Origin: Isurus oxyrinchus | Taxonomy: Eukaryota | DNA length: 64,000 bases | Assembly: GCA_026770705.1 (NCBI GenBank) | Contig: JANJGN010000036.1 | Coordinates: 1,302,001 to 1,366,000, forward strand | Direction: 5' to 3' | In this document: positions 53,344 through 64,000 of the stretch, one piece after another | Layout of the letters: every line of letters begins with the position of its first letter | How positions within the stretch are numbered: the stretch's first letter is position 1 | Notes under the pieces: model-generated | Told to the model about the DNA's origin: nothing | Seen by the model: the letters and a program-made list of their open reading frames with translations, nothing else | Database searches by the model: none | Position numbers and translations under genes: made by a program

Positions 53344-55064
53344 CTTGATAGATGGATAGATGGATAGATAGATCGATGGATAGATGGATAGACAGACAGG
53401 CAGGCAGAAAGAAAGAAGACTGGGAGCGAGCGTTAGATACATAGATAAATTTACTAAAACAGATTAAGATGATAGAGATTTCAACAATGACCAGCACAAT
53501 GTAGAGCGCAGACTGAGGCAATGAGCACATCCATGTTTCTGTTGGCTCTTTGGTAAATTCATTCAAAGCTTTTATCGTTATCCACCTCGTTGTCTGCATT
53601 CTTACCTCTAATACAAACTTATTCCAAGGTTATCACCGGAATGCAACACTTCCATCCGTCCCTCAACATGAGGGGTAGTCATTTCCTCTGCCTGTATCTA
53701 TGGTTCTATCCTTCTTCCCACATCTCCTTCACATTCAGTACTTTATTATTTCCATCAAACCTCTTGGGAGACACATGGAAACCTTGCGGAAATCCATAAA
53801 CGTTATATCTACTGCTTTCTCATTACCTGTCCACTCCGACACTTCGTGAAAATGAAACCTGTATTTAATGTGCTACGCATGAAACACTTCCATTAATCGG
53901 TGTTGTCAGTCCATAAAGAAACCCATACATTCTGAATTTTTCACCAACTTCATTTACAGCCACGCATGAAAGACCGACTGCTTCATAGTTATCTAGCTGA
54001 TTTATTTCTTTGACTTGGATGAAACGTTAGACAGAGACCGTTTTGTCAGGAAGGGTAAGATTTGGGGTTTAGGTGAGGCTTAGGTCTAGGCTTTCGGCTA
54101 CACAATCACTGGAAATAAGTTTAAATCAGATACAAAAGATGAGGCTTCTGAGGTACAGACACAAAAATCATTGAATTTGTTGACAGAGTTTAATTATGTC
54201 ATTAAAAAAAGAGAGGCCCAGAGTATTGGCATCCCTACAAAAATATGCCTGCAAAGAAGATAGACTTTATTAAATGGACATTAAAACTTAGCCTGACCAC
54301 ACGTAGGGCCATGTGAATAATCCTAGTCTCTATATCATAAAAGGAATATGGAGAAACAGGGGAAGGTGAAAAAAGTATTTACTGTAACGATTTCAAAACT
54401 GAGAGGCTATAACTGTCAGGAAGGTTTGAACAGGCTGTCTTATTTTCCCAAGTAAAGAGAAGGCTGAAGACTGAATTGACATCTTTACGATTATGATTGG
54501 ATTATTCGGGCAGGTATAGGCAAGGTGTTTGCACTTGTTGGGGGAGTCCAGAGCCCGAGGCCAAATAATCAATAATAACTGCAATCAGGAATTCAGGAGA
54601 AATCTCTTTAACCAGCGAGTGGCAAGAATGCAGAACCCAATCCCACAGGGAGTGGTTGAGGTCACATGCAGAAATGGATTTATGCGTGAAGCTATATCAA
54701 CTCGTGAGGGAGGAATGTCTAATAGAAAGTGTTGATGGGCTGAGATGAAGCGGTGATGAGAGGAGGTTCATGTGAAGCAGCAACACTAGCATGGAGCAAA
54801 AGTGCCGAATGCAATGTTCCATGCTGGAAGCTCAGTGGCGTACAGTTGATGACATAGAGGAACCGGGAGAAAAATTGGTAAACAGAAAATTGGGCTTTTA
54901 TTTTACCATTGACTTTTCAAAATACTTTATTTCCCTCCATCCGCTTTGACGCAAAATGGACAGATAGACTTAAAAATTCAGAAAGCTAAACAATGAAATG
55001 ATGAGATACATGAGAACAGGGCAAGGGGTCAAAAATTATACATAGGCATATGATCAGAGAATAC

Positions 55065-55282
55065 AGGCTCCGTGTGCCGTTAGCTTCTCCAGAAAATGCC
55101 CTGGTTGGACAGATGCATTCTGTCACAGTGTAAAGCACTTGCAGCTACGTCCAGCGTAAACTAAGGGGCCGCTCCCCTCCCTAAAACCGCAAACTCAGCA
55201 GTATCACAGTGCACCTTGTAGATACTTCCAAACGAGAGACGCTGAACTGCCGGAGTTTAGGACAAAACTGCCTGGGATATAA
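55065..55282 (-). pseudogene. B5 (B-I subtype): 5' half of a V exon; remainder of V and C1 deleted
   Basis: ctgtcag acceptor, then ISQAVLS*TPAVQRLSFGSIYKVHCDTA, paralogous to 14901-15229. The adjacent 53260-55050 matches the B1 C1-TM intron (12990-14430). Confidence 0.8.
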
Positions 55283-56019
55283 CTGACAGGAACAAAATCA
55301 AGACTCTAGGTTCTGATATGACTGGGAGAGAGAAAATTCTTCCTCTGAAGAAGCGGCTACAACAGTATGGCAGTCATAATTGCGCAGAGTAAGACCCAAA
55401 ATTAACATAGCGTTTATGACACAGGTCATACCCTCACTAATGTCGTTTGGGTTTTAATATGAGCTCCACAGGCGCAGGTGCAAACTCCGCCCCCCGCCTC
55501 CCACACCACCCCCCGCACTAACCCCCCACCCCTCGCACCACCCCCCTTCCCCCTCCCACACCCACATTGGAAAAAATCAGTTCACAATAAATTTTAGATG
55601 AGGGTTTCCTGTTTACAGGCTGAGAGACCACACACGGCTCTGCCTGCTAAGGGCAACCCGCGGTTACAACCCTCAGAGGTGGTTCTCCTTCCAGAATGAG
55701 TCAAACTGGGGACAAGAGACCATGGTGCTGAATTCAATATTACTGTTGATGACATTCAAGTGAAGTCCGGGAAAAAGCCCATAATTCCAACTGTTTTGAT
55801 TAATCTTCCAGAACAGGGTAATATATTCTGATTTCAACAGAAACATACCAGATTGAAGAAACCTGGAATCAGATGCTAATATTTTAGTACCTTTTTTACT
55901 CAGAATCTTTCTCTCCCACCTTTCTCCTTCTGTAAAAATTGTTCCTGTGTATCAGCGGAGCATAGGCCATCTGCTCTGTGCCTTTCTTTCGAAACTCGAA
56001 TCACACGATCCTCATCCCA

Positions 56020-57610
56020 TATGAACATGGGACAAAAGAAGGCCATTCTGCCCATCGAGCCTGCTCCACCATTCCATCGAACACTTCAATGCCTTTTACC
56101 CACACTCTCCCCATAAGCCTTTACGTCAGAAACGTATTAATCTCTACCTTAAACATACTCCATGGCTGAGCATCCAGGAACCTCTGGGGTGGAGACATTC
56201 AACGATTCCCAAACCTCTGAATAAAAAAAAATAACATCTCCACCTCTTGGTCCTAAGTGGCTTCCCCTTTTTTTGAAATTGTATCCACTGGTTCGAGAAT
56301 CCCCAACAAGGGAAAACATTCTTCCTCAGTCTACACTGACTATTCTTTTAAGCATGTTGTAGGTTTCAATGAGATCACATCTCATTCTTCGACACTCGAG
56401 AGAATACAGGCCCAGTTTGCCCAATCTCTCTTTATAACACTGTCCTGCCAGGCCCGCAAGAAGACTGATGAACTTTGTTGCTTTCCCTCTTTGGCAACAG
56501 TATCCTTTCTGACGTAAGCAAACCAAAACTGCACACAGTACTCCAGTTGTGGTGTAACCAAGCTTCTATGAAATTGAAGCAAGTCTTCACTACTCCTGTA
56601 CTCAAATCCACTTGAGTTAAAGGTTAACATTCCATTAGCCTTCCTCATACCTTGCTGCATCAGCATATAAATATTCAGTGCTTAATGGACATGGACATGC
56701 ATGATACCAAATAAATGTACATTTTCTATTCCCTTATTCAGGAAATACACTGCACATCTCTTCACTCTGCCAAGGTGTATACCCTCACATTTTCGCACAT
56801 CTAATACAATCTTCCATGATATTGCCCATTCACAAAGTCTGTCCAACTCCACCTGTAGCTGTTTTACACCTTCCTCACAAGCCCCATTCCCGCTTAACTT
56901 TGTCTCATTCGTGACGTTGGAATTATTACAGTTGGTCCCCACATCCAAATCATTGATATATATATACATATAGTGAACAACTGGGGCCCAAATATTGATT
57001 CCTGTGGTACCCCAATGCTCACAGCCAGCCAATGAAAGAAGGATCAGTTTATTCCTACTCTCCGTTTTCTGCTGATTAGCCAATCCTTAATCCATTCCAC
57101 TATATTCCTCCTCTCCCTTCTGCTTTTATTTTGCTAATCAACCTCCTGTGGGGGACTTTATCAAAAGCCTTCTGAAAATCCAAGTATACTGCACCCATCG
57201 ACTCTCCTTTAACAATGTTGTTAGCAGCAGCATCAAATAACTCCAAAATATTGGTCAAACATGAGTTTTCATTCACAACTCCATGCTGAGTATGCCCAAT
57301 TGGACCATAATTTTCCAAGTATCCACATATCACATTCCTTATAATAGATTCTAGATGTTTCCTTACTACTGATGAAAGGCTAACAGGTCTGTCCTTTCCT
57401 GCTTTCTCTCTCCATCCCTTCTTAAACTGGGAATGTAATTTGATACCTTCCAAAATTCTAGAAATATTCTAGAATCTATAACATTTTGGAAAATGATAAC
57501 CAATGCATCGAATCGCTCCAAAGCCATCTCTTTCAACCGTCTGGGATGCACAATATGAGGCCCGGGCATTTACAAACATTCAGTAACGTTAATTTCTCCA
57601 CTACAACCTT
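56020..57610 (-). mobile_element. CR1 LINE, RT-containing fragment
   Basis: RPVSLSSVVRKHLESII..QHGVVNENSCLTNILE..VYLDFQKAFDKVPHRRLISKI; YINDLD; LVTPQLEYCVQFW. Confidence 0.93.
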
Positions 57611-59779
57611 CTTTATGATACTAACTTCCCCCCACCCTATGTTTACCCAGCTTCCCCCTTCAACCCATTTCTGCGATTCACCTTGACTGCTCTCTGTGGG
57701 AATGATTCCCACATTCTCCCCATTCTCTGGGTAAATAAGATTCTTATGAATTCCCCGTTGGATATTAGTGACTATCTTATATTGATGGTCCCCTAGATCT
57801 TGTCAGTTCCCACAAGTGCAAACATCTCTTTACGTCTACTCAATCGAATGTTATCTAAATTTGGAAGACCTCTCTCAGGTCACCAGCTTAGACTCCACTT
57901 TTCTAGAACAAAGAGCCCTGGCCTGTTCAATCTTTCCTGATGGTTATAACCTCGAACCCGGCTCCAACGATTTCATCACCCGACGCAAACCATTTAACCT
58001 GGTGACATTAACCCAATTTTTGTGAGATCCTGTATCACCCGCGTATGCATAATGGGTGGAACATCGGTAAATCAGATTTGCCTGCAGAATGACTCATAAA
58101 TAAACTTTCCGGCAATATTTTGGACAGGTCATTGATAAAATCTTATATCTGATTTATTTATAAATAATAATTGCACCTGTGAACAGTGTAAGCGTGTGAT
58201 AATCGTGCAAATCCACAAGTCCATCATTAAAGTCTTCCTACACTCTGCAGAGTTGAAACAATTGAATTGTGCTGCTCAAGGTCTCGTGAAACAATTCCTG
58301 TCAATTAGCTTTCGGGAAGATTTATGATTCACTTTAAGAATACCCAAACTTGGACTTGAATTGGGTGTTTGAGTTCATCAACCACCTTCTCTGGTGGCAG
58401 CAGAGTGAGTGCCTGATGATGCTTCTCCCTCATCAGCAGCTGCATTTTATAACACCTGAGGAGTTCAGCTTTAGAAGCAGCGTGAGCAGAGCTTCCTTTC
58501 AGTGACTCCCCAGATAGCTGTGCATGCTAAACTGAGCATATCCACAATATTCAATCAGTTCCATCCACACGCCACCCCACACACCAAATAGAGTCTATGG
58601 GTATCTCATTGATTCCAAACACACCCTCCCTGCCTTACACACACACACTCCCCTCCCCACCACACCCCTCCACCACCCCCAAGACGCTTGTCACACCATG
58701 ATCCAACCATTCCCACTGGACTCCGTCTTTCAGAAGATCGATTCCACTCTCCAAGAACTTTGTTTGAAATGTTTTTGTAAACCAACATTTTCTCTCAGAT
58801 GCCGTCCACCAGGGGCCACCTCCAGAGTTTTGACCCTCCAACTGATGATTCACTCCCCGTGAACACAATATGCATTCCGGCGAACTTCCACGGCCTCTCT
58901 TGCACTGACTCAGCCATCCAAAATGCAACACAGCTTGACACAGCTATACAAAAGAGGTACAGACCTTCAGCTCTCTCCTTGGATCTTCTGGCTCCTCATA
59001 AGACTATCAAACTTGTATCTGTTTCCTGCAGCTCCCTCTCGTTAAGCTTGAAGTTTTGTGCCTTTTTCTGCTCCTCACTTTTAACTTCTCTAAGCAGGGC
59101 CTTTTCCAGGTTCCTGTCCTTCCTTTCTTTGTAAGGTCTTCCAGGGACATTCTCCTATTTCTGTCTCACTCCGAAGCCTTGGGACACTTCGTTTCTTTTG
59201 GGAAATCTGTTCTCTGAAGTTCCTTCCCGCTGTAGACTTTTTTGGATTCGTGGCTTTAATTTTGGGGCATGCTATCTGTCCCTCTTCTGTCCTGCCTCTC
59301 TCTGGCAGCTGCTTTCAAGTGAACTCAGGCAACTTATTTTCTTCTCTCTCTCTGCCTGTGTGTGTTTGCGTGTGTGTGAGGGGTGGGGGAGGGGAGTGGT
59401 GGTGGTGGGGGTTGGGGAAGGGGCTCCCTCTCTGGGCAACTGTTGAAGGGCAACAGCGCAATTATTTTTACTCTTGCGTTTGCTTTACATTCTCTTTTAG
59501 AGTCATTAAGCCCATTAGAAATGCAAGTATACAAAGAGAGATTTGGACCTGCTGACCCAACTGAAAAACGCCCCTAAAAACCCATATTTCACCTTCCAAT
59601 AGACAACAGGTCATGAGGAGGCAGCTGGGGGCGTGGGACTAAAGTGCACATTCAAAGATCTGGCACTGTGATGAAGGGACAAAAGGCTGCATTCTGTGCT
59701 TTAAGGATCTGCCAAGTAGTGATGTAAGTTGTAAAATCCCACTTAACTATATTATCAAAAAGTCGGATGGGTTGAAAAT

Positions 59780-62700
59780 AATCTCCTTTCAAGAGTAAAT
59801 GTAACATTGTTCAGTCCCAGGACACAACCAGTGAAGGCTCGGGGTTCACTAACACTGCAGCTTTCACATCAATGCAGCTTAAATCCCCACCCAGTATCTG
59901 TCGGTCCTTAATGCTACTTCTATCCTGCTAATATTCGCTGTATAAATGACTTAGTTAATTGGCCTCAGAGAAACCCTGAGCGCATTTGGCCTGAATGATG
60001 AAAAAAAAACTCCAATCACAGATCTGTCATTGGTTTTCAAACTTGTTTTTATATGTAGGTAACTCGACCGCAGATAGATTGTAAAACCTATTTGAATAAT
60101 ATATTGCTCAGATGCTGTATAATAATAGAAAATTCAGTAAGAAGCGGTAATACCAAATAACAGAAACCTGGAGAGGCCGGAAAGGAACTGCAGGCGATAT
60201 TTCATCGTTAGAATATCGGACATTAAAATAGAATTCAGTTGTGGTTTGGGCAACATCATAAAATTAAGTCCAGAATGCGCCAGAATTTGTGCCAGTTGGA
60301 CATTTGGACTTTCCCGCCCCCAACAGAGGAAACTTTCTACTGCACGTCATGTTCAGGAAGCAGCCTGTAAGGTCTGTCCCTCTTTCCTCTCCAATCAAGG
60401 GTGTGGGATCCTCGTTAAAGGCCAAGCATGCATAATGTGTCTGTGGAGAAAAATAAAAACACAATCTATTAATATATCGAATGCCATCCTCATAGATACA
60501 GGAGGAGGCCATTTAGACCATCCAGTCTATTCAATTAGATCATGGCGGGTCTGCATCATAACTTCGACCTACACACCTTGGTTCCATAATCCTTAATCTC
60601 CGTACTCAACAAAAATCTAGCAATCTCAGTTTTGACATTTCCAATTGAATCCGCAGCCCCAGCAGCTTCTGACAGGAGAGAGTTCCAGATTTCTACTGCC
60701 TTTCTCTGACTTTATGTTTCCTGACATCACTCCTGAACGTCCTGGCTATAATTGTAAGGTTCTGACTCCCTGCTCTGGACTCCAGTCCCATACACACGCT
60801 ATGCATCTCCCGCACTGCACCCCACCCCCCACATCCCACCCACCTGCCAGCCCCCAGCCTCGCATCACCAGGGTAACTAGTTTCTCTCTATGGACACAAT
60901 ACTCTCCCTCAATTATTTTTAACCCCTCGATTACTTCACCTCATAATCGCCCCCACGAGAGTAATTGAAGCCCAGTTCCTGCCAGCCTGTGGTGCCCAGG
61001 ATGTAACGTTTTCTAGACTCATATAACTATAATTATGAATTTTAAACCTTGGATTATAATTCAGTGCAATACATCCACGTGTAATGGCAACAACAATTCT
61101 ATTCTTTTACCTCTTCATTCTGACGCTGTTCTCTGGACACTGTCAATTCCTGATCATTGCTCATGTTGCTTGTTAGAAAGTAAATTTTGAAATGAACATA
61201 AATGGCTACATTTCACAATGAACAGATTGGAAGTGTCAATAAACCATTGATACATGGATGGATTGAGGGCGCCGGGGAGTTACAGCATTTCCCAACAATA
61301 GTTACCTTTCTGGTGATTCCTGAATCCTCTTCTCCCGACCAAAAGAATCATGCCCAGAAGGAGAAGGGCTGCCACCAGCAAACTCCCAGAAAGAGAGAAA
61401 ATGCAGGCGATAGGGCGCAGAGAATCTGCGAAAAAACTATTTTAATTTAAAACAAAGTCTGTGTATTAATGAAAGTAGTGGGAAAAAAAATGAAAACTCT
61501 GAATGTGTGATTTCACCCGAAAACAGAAATAGATTTTTCCCTATTTCATCATCCTCAAATATGGCAGATCTCTTGTCGCTCACTGCTGAGAGAGGACAGA
61601 AGTAGAAAGAGAAAGGAAGATGGAGAAGAGATCAAGGGAGAGGTGGAGATGTTGATAGCAAGAGCAGTGGGGAAGAGATCGATTATGACGCTGCTTTAAT
61701 AGGGCCCTGAGAGGAAGAGTGATGGAGGGGTGGATAGACCAATGTTTATAGGAGATTGACAGAAAGCGAGAAATAGCAGCGATCTTATAGAACACTCTTT
61801 AGATAGGACCAATATAGGAGGACAAAAGAGCGCGAGATACAAAGAGAACGAGAGCGAGAGATTGATAGGAGACTGTTTTAATATCACAGAAGTGTTAAGC
61901 CAGAGAGATGGACAGATCTGATAGTGATCTAGAGAGCAGCTCACTTATACAAAACTGTTTAAATAAGATAGAAATACAGTGGGAAATAGTTGGAGAGGAG
62001 GAGAAAGGTGAGGGGGGGGAGGGGTGGCGGGAGGGGTGTTGCGAGGGAAGAAGGGAGAGACGGGCTAGTGAAAGAGAGAGGAGAGATGGGGAGAGAGGAA
62101 ATGATGAGGGAGATAGGGGAGAGACAGATGCTGGAGAGCGACATAGCTGTGGTGAGAGGGATCGAGGGAGAGAGGGAGTGAATGGGATGGAGGGGGAGAA
62201 AGGGAGAGTTGGGTGGGAAGGGAGAGCGGAAGAGTTCTTGTGTGGAAGAGTTGGGAGATAAGGGGAGATGGAGATTGGGAGAGAGGGAGGGGGGGGGAGA
62301 ATAGGTGACTAGGATAGAGCGGGAGGATTGGGAGAAAGGGGAGAGAGAGAGATGTAGGGAGGCAGAAATGGAGAGGTTGGCAAATGGAGAGATGAGAGAT
62401 GAGGAAAGAGAGGGGGAGATAAAGATGGAGGAGTGGTGTTGCAGAAAAGGTGTGAGATGGAAGGAGAGAAAAATAGATAGAGGTGGAGATGTGGCAAGAG
62501 TGATACGTAGATCATAAAACTATACAGAACTGTTTAACTGGATGGAAATTAATAAAGAGAGAGTGATAGAGACAGAGAGAGAAACAAGGAAAAAGAGGAA
62601 GACAGAGATAAAGATAGAAAGAGGTACGGTGGCAGATCGAGGGATAGAAAGATAGGTGAATGTCCAAGATGTTTTATAACACACCATTTAACCAGGTTAG

Positions 62701-64000
62701 AAATAGACAACACAAGCAGGGGGAGAGTGAGTTAGATAGGAGATTAATACATATATCAATGAATAAATACGGAGCGAGAGTCAGACAGAAAGTGTTAGGT
62801 AAACGGCGAGAGGGAGTGGGGATGACAGATAAAATGAGGGAGTTGTAGGGACAGCGTTTCAGAGAGAGACACAGAGGGACTCAGAAAGACAGACAAATAA
62901 TTACGTTGGTGCCTTAAACTGCAATAGGATAGGCATTCATTAATTGATGGAGAGCGAGAGAAATGATTGGATAGATAAGCAGATAATACACACGTAGAGA
63001 ATCTTTCATATACCTCACTGTTTAACTAAGACAGACAGAAATATAGTGAATATTAAGTAGCTAGAGAGTTGAATAGGTAATTGTGCACAGGCATGGTGAG
63101 ACAAAGTGGTACATTGGAAATGTATTCACACCCTGCAATTTCACACACTGACATGTCAGCCATGGTAAGCAACCATGTTAATATAGCAATCCATACACAA
63201 GAACACAAGAGATAGGAGCAGGAGACCATTAGGCTCCTCAATGCCAATTCACCATTCAGTAAGACCATGGGTAATCTTGTGCATCAACTTTACATTCCCA
63301 CACTGTCCACATTCCTTATTTCCTTAGTGTATACAGACCTCTGTCTATGACTGAACATCCAAAGCTCCCCGGGGCAGAGAGAACAGTTGGAGTTAAATTT
63401 CAGGAAGTTGAATTCTGAAAGATTCAGACTTTGCCGGTAGGTCCATGATGAACTCATTGCACATGGACACAAACGGAAAGAGGGAGACTTCTTATTGACA
63501 AAGTTGACAAAGTCTCCCATCAGCAATAAATAGATTGGTAAGTGGTCACTGTTAGCAGCTACCTCTCTGAGATGAGATACTTGCACTGAGAGATTTTCAC
63601 TGGAGTTGACTTGAACGGCGCAAGTACAGAGAGTGCCACTGCTCCAAGTTTCCGCCAAGAGGCTGCTTTAACTCCTGGTGGTGTCAGTCCCGTCTGTCTC
63701 AATTGTCCCGGAATTGGTCTCTCCCTCGGTATGCCGCCCTCCCACTTTCCAGCAGACGGGAAAGAAATCGGGGGACAAGCCTCTGATCAAGCACAACAAG
63801 AGGACCCTTTCCATCAAATAAATCTCATCCTCCGGCGGGGTTAGGAGGAATATGATGGGGGAGCCCTCTAAATTTGCCATTACGAGAAACCCGATTAACA
63901 GCTGAAACCAGACACTATTAACTGCTGTAGAAATACCCAATGCAATAGAATAGTGATGAAATTTACCTATAATCATCAACTGGGAGACATTTCTGAATAT
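59780..64000 (-). pseudogene. B6 (B-II subtype) pseudogene, cut by the window end: V 3' end 63967-64000, C1 63563-63867, TM 61306-61425, candidate micro-exons 61111-61132 and 60154-60167, terminal exon from 59990
   Basis: V end IFRNVSQLMII (decayed FGKGSQLVIT). C1 has TAA at 63668-63670 and a 1-nt deletion. TM exon is intact: DSLRPIACIFSLSGSLLVAALLLLGMILLVGRRGFRNHQK. Confidence 0.9.

Overview
Vertebrate genomic DNA, most likely a cartilaginous fish (inferred from the CR1, Penelope and Deu-SINE repeats and a shark-type GPR139-like pseudogene). There are three assembly gaps: 7951-8090, 21308-21485 and 34146-34361. The window holds a tandemly duplicated cluster of non-rearranging, antigen-receptor-like IgSF genes: leader, one V exon with a germline-joined J-like G strand, one C1 exon, a TM exon with a membrane-proximal Cys, and small cytoplasmic exons. 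Only one copy can be read as intact: gene A1 (+, 4435-9071, 8 exons, 341 aa), whose basic tail carries a YASL tyrosine motif. Two further plus-strand A copies (~20.4 kb and ~33.5 kb) and about five minus-strand B-lineage copies or remnants (~11-15.5, 17.9-19.5, 26.7-31.6, 39/53-55.3 and 59.8-64 kb) are pseudogenes. The repeated unit appears to be B-I(-), B-II(-), A(+), with B-II and A head-to-head. Shared cysteines suggest a disulfide-linked, TCR/Ig-like A/B heterodimer. Read-through of the C1 donor gives a short tail ending in Cys-stop in A1 and B6, suggesting a secreted, light-chain-like isoform. The rest is a GPR139-like pseudogene, CR1 LINEs, Penelope-like elements, a Deu-SINE, microsatellites and purine-rich low-complexity introns. 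Exon models were read by eye; family assignments need database confirmation.
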